Positions 27,129 through 35,065 of a DNA stretch of 64,000 bases are shown here, piece by piece. Origin of the DNA: Daphnia carinata (Eukaryota). Where the stretch lies: contig NC_081333.1 in assembly GCF_022539665.2 (NCBI RefSeq), forward strand, positions 2,294,001 to 2,358,000, read 5' to 3'. Every line of letters begins with the position of its first letter. The first letter of the stretch is position 1. Position numbers and translations under genes: made by a program. The notes beneath the pieces were generated by a model. That model saw only the letters and a list, made by a program, of their open reading frames with translations. It ran no database searches and was not told the DNA's origin.

Positions 27129-27992
27129 GAGCCATGCCTACTATAATAAAGGGGCTAAATGGCACACCAAAAAAAGCCTTGTCAGGCTAAAAATGACAAA
27201 AAATAGCCTTGCCAGGCTAAAAATCGATCTGTAGTACTGTTCACTACCTTGAAGATCGAACCACAAACTGAAAGGTAGAGAAGAGGTGATCGTTGAACGT
27301 AGGTTGTTCGTTAGCCTCCCCACGGCCTGAAAGACGGCTCGTGGATGCAGGCAGCTTATCATCGGGATATGTGACCCAATTCGCTACCCGTAAGTTTTTG
27401 TTGTTTTTTGCTTTTTGTATCTAAATTTTAGTATCTAGTTGTTGATGACGAGTTCAAGCGTGGAGTGATTGGAGCGAAGAGTGGTTTTGTAAGTAGCTGT
27501 ATGTATGTTTTGTAAGTGCAAATAGAGAATTTATGGTAATATTATAATATTTATTGTTTATATTATTTATTGGCGATATAACAAGCTATATATAAGCTGG
27601 AGACCCGAGTTCGAATCTAGCCTCAGTCATTTCTTTTTTCCCTTTCCTACCGTAAGCTGGCCACGCGCGGCGCTAGTGCACAACGTGCGGCGCATTGGTT
27701 CCACTTTCCACTGTTTTTCCCACACATTTCAATTCATTACCAAACAGTGGAAAGTGGAGCTCGGTTGGGGTATTACGCCCCTCTGGCAATGCAGTTTTAG
27801 GTACCTCCGCGCTGGAGGTATTGCGCGCTGACAGGCCGTTATTATAGTAGGCCATGTGAGTATCAGAGTATGCCATGAAAGTAACAGGGATTTTTCTGGG
27901 GCTTTTATTTTTTTTTAATAGGGATTTATGTCCCCAGTCTGGCAACGTTCTAGGGATACCACTTTGCGGAAAGTGGAAACACTGCTGGCATA

Positions 27993-30180
27993 GGCAATTT
28001 CAGTCCATTGGAGGCCATTCGCAGTTAGTTCAGTAGCGTGGATGGAGAGAATAACGCGTGGCTGGAGGAACAATTGAAAAATGGATAAGATAATACAACA
28101 AAAGGATGGTAAGTATAAACATTATTATATTGGTTTTCAATTATTATTATTGTTGATTAGATCAAATTATGAAGCTGCAGGCCCAATTATTGGAACAACA
28201 CAAAATATTAGATAACAGCAAAGCTAAGGATGGTAAGGCCTAATACGTAATGATTCTATTTATTTGCTTTTATTCATTTGTGTTTTGTAGCTCAAATTTT
28301 GAGTCTACAAGCTCAGCTAGGGGAAAAGAACAAATTGGAACGGAAAAGTTTCCAAACAGTGAAGGAGGTTTTTCCAAACTCATCCCTAACTGAACATTAG
28401 GATGAATTGGCATTAGGCGAACACAGTCAGTTACCTAAGCTTTTCAAATAAGAAGTCAAAATAAGTATAGAATTTTAACAAACAATTATTTATTGTTTAG
28501 TTATTCAGTCTACCACCTGACAGTGTGTTAAAGTTAAATTCTGTTAGTGCTGCACTAAAAGAATTGTTAGTAATAAGTCCATGCAGCGAAGGAAGTGAAG
28601 TGAACAATTGTGGGACCGTATTTGGGCTGAAAATGGGTGTGGTACGGAAACCCAGAAATAGCACGAGTTCAACATAAAACATGAATTAGGTACTTTTCAG
28701 TTTTTTGTCTATCGAAAAAGTATTTTTAATGCTATTATTTTGCATTCACAAAATTTTAGTGGGGGATCAAGTCACGTCTGGAAGTGTTACAGGATGGAAG
28801 AGTGAGCCTACAGTTGAAAAACACTGAAAGTGCATTACCATTAAGGTATGAGGTAAAGTAATAGAGTATGCAAATTGTCTAATGAGAAGTACCATCTTGT
28901 GTGAATGAATCCTGTGTAACAGCAATCCTTTATAGTTCTGTCACAGCTAGAAGCCTCAAATAATTCTGCTTCTCTTGCTAAAGAACAACTTGTCCTTTAC
29001 GTTCAGAGTGTTGGTGAAGCTGGGTACTTAAATGGCCCTAAAGATGTTTCATTTCGTTGGCATTGCAGCGATGAACATCATACATGGACTTTTTAGGTAT
29101 GAAAGGAATTTTCTTGAAAAATTTTTGAATTTCTGACAAAGCATTTCTCCTGCTTTTTGCCAACCATGTCTAATCTACCAAAAAAAATTTTATCCAATAG
29201 GAAAGGATTTTCATGTACTGGGAACACAACTATCAACAATGCAACATTGTACAGGTGCTAGTTTATCATTCAAGAGCCTTATACAATGATGTTAATCTGC
29301 AATTTGTATGTCCTTCCCCAAGCTTCCACCAGAAGTTGAATCTATGAGTCATGTAAGTTACATGATCAACAGTTGATATGTTTAACGGTGTTGTTTTTCT
29401 TTTCTCAATATAGGTTAATAGTAACATTGGATCTGAAAAAATTCTTGGTTTGGGGCAAGATACTGAATAAATTGTATTGATTGGATGGATGACATGACAT
29501 TTCTATACTTAATTCGGATTCCCCAGACGGTATTTGATATTTAAAAAATTGAAGTGCATATCTGGGCTCCCTTCTTTTCTGAAGCCCCGTTTCCCCTTGA
29601 CTCGTAATAAGCCCGTAGGGGGTCATGCCCCTACTGTACGGTATATATAAAAACAACATATACCGAGGTTTGGAGGGCTCTGGCCGGAAAGGGGACGTGG
29701 GGTGCCGCTTAGTCCGATGATGTGTTCACGGAGGGCGATGTGGCTACCCACAAATCCGAACTAAAGGTTAATCGCTCCTGTAAAAATGTTCCAAATCTTC
29801 AGCTCTTCTTCCGGCTTCTCTTAGCCAATCACCGGGTAATCTCCCCGGTGGGTCAACAAGGCAGTGTCTCCCCCTGCCTGGGTTGACGGCAACTTTTGAA
29901 AGGGCTATTGTGCCTTTTTAAAGTTGCAAAAATAATTGTAATGTGCAGAGAATTGTCAATAAATTTTTTTTTTATAAAATTTTTTTGCAAAATTTGTTGC
30001 CTTCATTGTCTGTGTTCACACATTTTATTTAGCTTTCTCAATTCTCGTTTATTGTTTATGCCACGTTTAATGGTAAGCATTGTTTCCTGTAAGCATTGTT
30101 TCCTGTAAGCATTCAATTATTATCCAGGGATCGAACCCTAGATGTTCGGCATTCCGCGCCGATGCTTTACCAATGAGCCA
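27993..30180 (+). repeat. Left arm of a large inverted repeat
   Basis: Reverse-complement match to ~30475-32810 along its length, e.g. 29700-29900 versus 30845-31045. Confidence 0.95.
28081..29352 (+). pseudogene. Decayed spliced gene with a coiled-coil-like N-terminus (mirror copy on - strand at ~31395-32722)
   Basis: GT-AG introns at ~28109-28160 and ~28233-28290. Exons read MDKIIQQKD/DQIMKLQAQLLEQHKILDNSKAKD/AQILSLQAQLGEKNKLERKSFQTVKEVFPNSSLTEH*DELALGE.../LFSLPPDSVLKLNSVSAALKELLVISPCSEGSE... Stops and frameshifts occur at partly different positions in the two arms. Confidence 0.6.
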
Positions 30181-30530
30181 TGAATCATATGATGTCAAGT
30201 TGGCTTTTTTCTAGTCACTTGCGGAGTTGCATTTACAATTTGAATAAAACTGAAATGCAATACTGCAATATTATTTTCTCCATTTAAATGTAGATTTTTA
30301 TACATCTAGTAAGGTTTGAACCCAGTGTAACAGCTATCGCAGCTGAATGCTCTACCACAGAGCTATGGACATTATAAAAGCAATACAAAGATAAACATAT
30401 AGTTGTGAAAGACTGCATAAACATCCTAGACGATAACATATGATATGCGATAATAAAAAATTTAGATATATCTCGTGGCTCAATGTTAGAGCATCGGCGT
30501 TGCACGCTGAATGTCTGAGGATCGATTCCC
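30126..30530. other. Three degenerate tRNA-like motifs at the palindrome axis
   Basis: Minus 30126-30181: TGGCTCATTGGTAAAGCATCGGCGCGGAATGCCGAACATCTAGGGTTCGATCCCT. Minus ~30311-30365: TAGCTCTGTGGTAGAGCATTCAGCTGCGATAGCTG...GGGTTCAAACC. Plus 30475-30530: GTGGCTCAATGTTAGAGCATCGGCGTTGCACGCTGAATGTCTGAGGATCGATTCCC. Each has A-box and B-box-like motifs but no good acceptor stem. Confidence 0.65.
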
Positions 30531-32810
30531 ATACCAGTAAAACAATATACAAATACAAAATTACTTCAGAAAATATCCATGTATTACACGTTATTCCTTG
30601 TCTAAGTTCAAGAATTCAAAAAGTGAAATAATAATTGAATACTTACAGATAAACGATACAACGGTGGCAAAAACAATGAAATTGAATTGCGCAAGCTGAA
30701 TAAAAAAAATTTGATAACTGTAATGTGTGAACACAGACAATGAAAATAACAAATTTTGCAAAAAAATTTTATAAAAAAAAATTTATTGACAATTCTCTGC
30801 ACATTACAATTATTTTTGCAACTTTAAAAAGGCACAATAGCCCTTTCAAAAGTTGCCGTCAACCCAGGCAGGGGGAGACACTGCCTTGTTGACCCACCGG
30901 GGAGATTACCCGGTGATTGGCTAAGAGAAGCCGGAAGAAGAGCTGAAGATTTGGAACATTTTTACAGGAGCGATTAACCTTTAGTTCGGATTTGTGGGTA
31001 GCCACATCGCCCTCCGTGAACACATCATCGGACTAAGCGGCACCCCACGTCCCCTTTCCGGCCAGAGCCCTCCAAACCTCGGTATATGTTGTTTTTATAT
31101 ATACCGTACAGTAGGGGCATGACCCCCTACGGGCTTATTACGAGTCAAGGGGAAACGGGGCTTCAGAAAAGAAGGGAGCCCAGATATGCACTTCAATTTT
31201 TTTAAATATCAAATACCGTCTGGGGAATCCGAATTAAGTATAGAAATGTCATGTCATCCATCCAATCAATACAATTTATTCAGTATCTTGCCCCAAACCA
31301 AGAATTTTTTCAGATCCAATGTTACTATTAACCTATATTGAGAAAAGAAAAACAACACCGTTAAACATATCAACTGTTGATCATGTAACTTACATGACTC
31401 ATAGATTCAACTTCTGGTGGAAGCTTGGGGAAGGACATACAAATTGCAGATTAACATCATTGTATAAGGCTCTTGAATGATAAACTAGCACCTGTACAAT
31501 GTTGCATTGTTGATAGTTGTGTTCCCAGTACATGAAAATCCTTTCCTATTGGATAAAATTTTTTTTGGTAGATTAGACATGGTTGGCAAAAAGCAGGAGA
31601 AATGCTTTGTCAGAAATTCAAAATTTTTGAAGAAAATTCCTTTCATACCTAAAAAGTCCATGTATGATGTTCATCTCTGCAACAGCAGCAAAATTAAAAC
31701 ATCTTTAGGGCCATTTAAGTACCCAGCTTCACCAACACTCTGAACGTAAAGGACAAGTTGTTCTTTAGCAAGAGAAGCAGAATTATTTGAGGTTTCTAGC
31801 TGTGACAGAACTATAAAGGATTGCTGTTGTACTGGATTTATTAACACAAGATGGCACTTCTCTGGATTATTTCATGTTTGGCTGAAACTAGGATTAATCT
31901 TTTGAATTGTTAATAAAATAAACACATTAGACAATGTGCATACTCTATTACTTTACCTCATACCTTAATGGTAATGCACTCTGTGTTTTTTCATCTGTAG
32001 GCTGACTCTTCCATCCTGTAACACTTCCAGACTTGATTTGATCCCCCATTAAATTCTGTGAATGCAAAATAATAGCATTAAAAATACTTTTTCAATAGAC
32101 ATAAAACCGAAAAGTACCTAATCCATGTTTCATGTTGAACTTGTGCCATATCTTGGTTTCCGTACCACACCCATTTTCGGCCCAAATACGGTCCCACAAT
32201 TGTTCACTTCCTTCACTGCATGGGCTTATTACTAACGATTCTTTTTGTGCAGCACTAACAGAATTTAAATTTAACACACTGTCAGGTGGTAGACTGAATA
32301 ACTAAACAATAAAGAATTGTTTGTTAAAATTCTATACTTATTTTGAATTCTTATTTGAAAAGTTTAGGTACCTGACTGTGTTCGCCTAATGCCAATTCAT
32401 CCTCATGTTCAGTTAGGTTTGAGTTTGGAAAAACCTCCTTCACTGTTTGGAAACTGTTCTGTTCCAATTTGTTCTTTTCCCCTAGCTGAGCTTGTAGACT
32501 CAAACTTTGAGCTACAAAACACAAATGAATAAAAGCAAATAAATAGAATCATTATGTATTAGGCCTTACCATCCTTAGCTTTGCTGTTATCTAATATTTT
32601 GTGCTGTTGCAATAATTGAGCCTGCAGGTCCATAATTTGATCTAATAAACAATAATTAATAATTCAAAACAAATATAATAATGTTTATACTTACCATCCT
32701 TTTGTTGTATTATCTTATCCATTTTTCAATTGTTCCTCCAGCCACGCGTTATTCTCCATCCACGCTACTGAACTAACTGCGAATGGCATCCAATGGACTG
32801 AAATTGCCTA
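30475..32810 (-). repeat. Right arm of a large inverted repeat
   Basis: Mirror of 27993-30180. It carries an extra ~70 bp near 31860-31925 and runs directly into the right TIR. Confidence 0.95.
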
Positions 32811-34087
32811 CGCCAGTAATAATGAGTCTGAGCGGTAGATGGCTACGTGTCGGAAAAAAAGAAAAAAGTGCGATTTTTTTTTTTTTTTTTCCGCCATTTT
32901 TTTTTTTTTTTTTTTATGTAAAACGGATTGCCATATATTGCCATAGTATAAAAGTTAAGCTGAGCATTTATTTTTTCAGCTTTTTTTTTTTTTTTTTGGT
33001 TAGAAATTAGAAAGCAAGAGGCCGCTGATGCGCATCTATACAGTCAGCTGTTTCATTTGGCATGGCGTCGACGAGAAAGATAGATGTAATGGAGGTCTCT
33101 CATGAAAATTTCTATTTAGATTTGCTGTAATTTCAGGTATGTTTTAACATAGCTTTAACGTAGATTACTCCTTTTTGTTGCGCAGCGTTACACATTGAAG
33201 CAAATCCGTACAAAGTTCTTACAGATCTTTCTGGTAAAACTGAATTTGGAAGAATGTTAATTCCAAGCATTGAAAATTATTTAACGAAAAACCTTTGCTC
33301 GACCATCGTTTGATTCCCAGCATGTATTTCATATTGGTAATTCAGATGCACCAATTTTGCTTGCCAGCTTTGCACAACATTTGCCATAAAAACAGTAATC
33401 ATTACGTTTAATATTTCCCACACTCTTAATTGTCAAAATTTATTCAGAACTTAGAGGGTCTTTCACTATTTATTCTTAACGGTTTTGGTTTTATAGTTGC
33501 AATTGCAGGCCTCAAGGATGTACCGAATATGCTGCATTGGCCATGGGAGCCTTTATGACAAAAGGAATGTCATGCATGTCATGAAGGTGGGAAAAAGATA
33601 TGGTTTCATTGTAAATAAAATATATCCAACATCATTCTTTTGTTTAGGATTAATTACCTACATAAATCAAAACATAGGGAAGTTAAATTTGAAATTGGTT
33701 GATTTCCTTCATAGTGCTAATAGATGACAAGATCTTGTACCAATGAAGATTGTTTTTCTTTCTTTCTTTACTTAGTAATTGTATTTTGACACATTGTAGA
33801 AAGAAAGAGAATTTACTCTTAAGATTTTTAAATTCTGGTTTTTGTTTTGTTTTCATCAGTAAAAAGCGAATGTGGTAGAGTGATAAAAGGTATTTAAAGA
33901 AAAATTTCTGATAGCTAAATTTTCAAGTGAAACGGCGAGTTCTGAGGTTAGTTGTTTTCTAAATATGGTGTGGTTCGGAATAAGTCCAAAATAATAAATA
34001 AAATACACACGAACAAGTAAATTAAATGGAATTATTTTTATTGTCCCTCCTCCACCCTACATTCCGCCACTTTTTACATATTATACA

Positions 34088-34116
34088 ATACATACATACA
34101 TACATACATACATACA
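34088..34116 (+). repeat. (TACA)n microsatellite
   Basis: About 7 ATAC units immediately left of the TTAA-flanked element. Confidence 0.9.
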
Positions 34117-34127
34117 CAACTTGTTAA

Positions 34128-34460
34128 CCCGTTGGCTGCCGTTGCCCACGCAACCCGTAGGTTGCTTCAACTACAGTAGCTACTTGTCGCGTCTGAAGGA
34201 TCCCGACCAAGGGGGGACTTGTCCGAAGACAAGTCCGGGCTGGCACGGTGATAGAGGCCATTATGGGAATGCACACCCCCGGCTTTCTATCACCGTGCCG
34301 AAAAGGAGAAGGCCCTGCTGGTGCATTGCCTACGCGCGCCTAAAGGCACGAGGCCTTTAGGCGCATTGGCGACTGTTCCCCCCATGGCCATGGGGAGAAC
34401 AGCGCCCGGTCCCTAAAAGCTACAAAAAAAATGGAAGAAAACGGGGTGGCAGCCAACGGG
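34128..34460. mobile_element. 333 bp piggyBac-like MITE
   Basis: TTAA at 34124-34127 and 34461-34464. Perfect 13 bp TIR CCCGTTGGCTGCC (34128-34140) / GGCAGCCAACGGG (34448-34460). TTAA TSDs with CCC termini are the piggyBac signature. Confidence 0.75.
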
Positions 34461-34584
34461 TTAACAATACAACACAACATACAGAAATACAAAACAAAAC
34501 AGTATCCGGGAAGTTCCGCGGCGAAGTCACGTTCTATCGCTATGAGTTTTTTCTTGGATTCGACTGTTCCATCGTTGTTGGTCA

Positions 34585-35065
34585 CAGGCGAACGATGGCG
34601 ATGAGGTGAAGACGTAGGCAGCGACGAGGCAGTGAGATGATGGCGATGAAGCGAAGGCGAAGACGGTGATGAGGCGAAGGCGAAGACGGTGATGAGGCGA
34701 AGGCGAAGAGACGAAGGCGAAGACGGCGAAGACGGCGAAGAGACGTAGGCGAAGAGGCGAAGAGGCGAAGAGGCGAAGACGGCGAAGAGGCGAAGACGGC
34801 GAAGAGGCGAAGACGGCGAAGAGGCGAAGACGGCGAAGACGGCGAAGAAGCGAAGACGGCGAAGAGGCGAAGGCGGAGAGGCGAATAGGCGAAGGCGGAG
34901 AGGCGAATAGGCGAAGGCGGAGAGGCGAATAGGCGAAGGCGGAGAGGCGAATAGGCGAAGGCGGAGAGGCGAATAGGCGAAGGCGAAGGCGGAGAGGCGA
35001 ATAGGCGAAGACGAAGGCGAAGGCGAAGGCGAAGAGGCAAAGATGAAGACGGCGATGAGGCGAAA
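34585..35065 (+). repeat. GGCGAA-based compound minisatellite
   Basis: Nested units GAGGCGAA, GACGGCGAA, 17 bp GAGGCGAAGACGGCGAA and 22 bp GGCGAAGGCGGAGAGGCGAATA (~5-6 copies). Confidence 0.9.

Larger units (their letters stand above)
25886..27984. mobile_element. ~2.1 kb nested insertion with an 8 bp direct-repeat flank (hAT-like)
   Basis: CTGGCATA lies at 25878-25885 and 27985-27992. The opposite arm has a single uninterrupted copy of this site. The right end reads ...GGAAAGTGGAAACACTG (CAGTG-type terminus). The left end CACCCATTCCAC is only a partial match. Degenerate GGGATTT repeats occur at ~25920-26035. Confidence 0.55.
25771..32932. mobile_element. ~7.2 kb foldback-type DNA element with GGCAATCC termini (same terminus family as 25028-25753)
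   Basis: 25771-25885 (GGCAATCCGTTTTACA...CACGTAGCCATCTACCGCTTAGACTCGTTATTACTGGC) is the reverse complement of ~32812-32932 (GCCAGTAATAATGAGTCTGAGCGGTAGATGGCTACGTG...TGTAAAACGGATTGCC). AT flanks both ends. No intact transposase ORF is seen. Confidence 0.8.

Noticed and set aside
29705..29770. Hammerhead-like CCGATGA...GAAC
   Set aside because: The core deviates from CUGANGA/GAAA, and I could not build stems I-III with a cleavage triplet.
26863..30530. Functional tRNA genes
   Set aside because: The acceptor and anticodon stems are broken and all lie inside transposon sequence, so they are called tRNA-like only.
31045..31166. RNase MRP-like GTCCCC ... AAACGGGGCTT
   Set aside because: It lacks the GAAAGUCCCC CR-I, and the spacing looks too short. 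It is kept only as an unassigned structured island.
34185..34200. RNase P CR-V-like TTCAGAC on the minus strand, and CTGAAGGA hammerhead-like motif on the plus strand
   Set aside because: There is no matching GGAAGGTCTGA CR-I, and the hammerhead core is non-canonical.
27041..35065. CRISPR-like arrays
   Set aside because: The repeats are tandem without unique spacers, the context is eukaryotic, and no cas genes are present.
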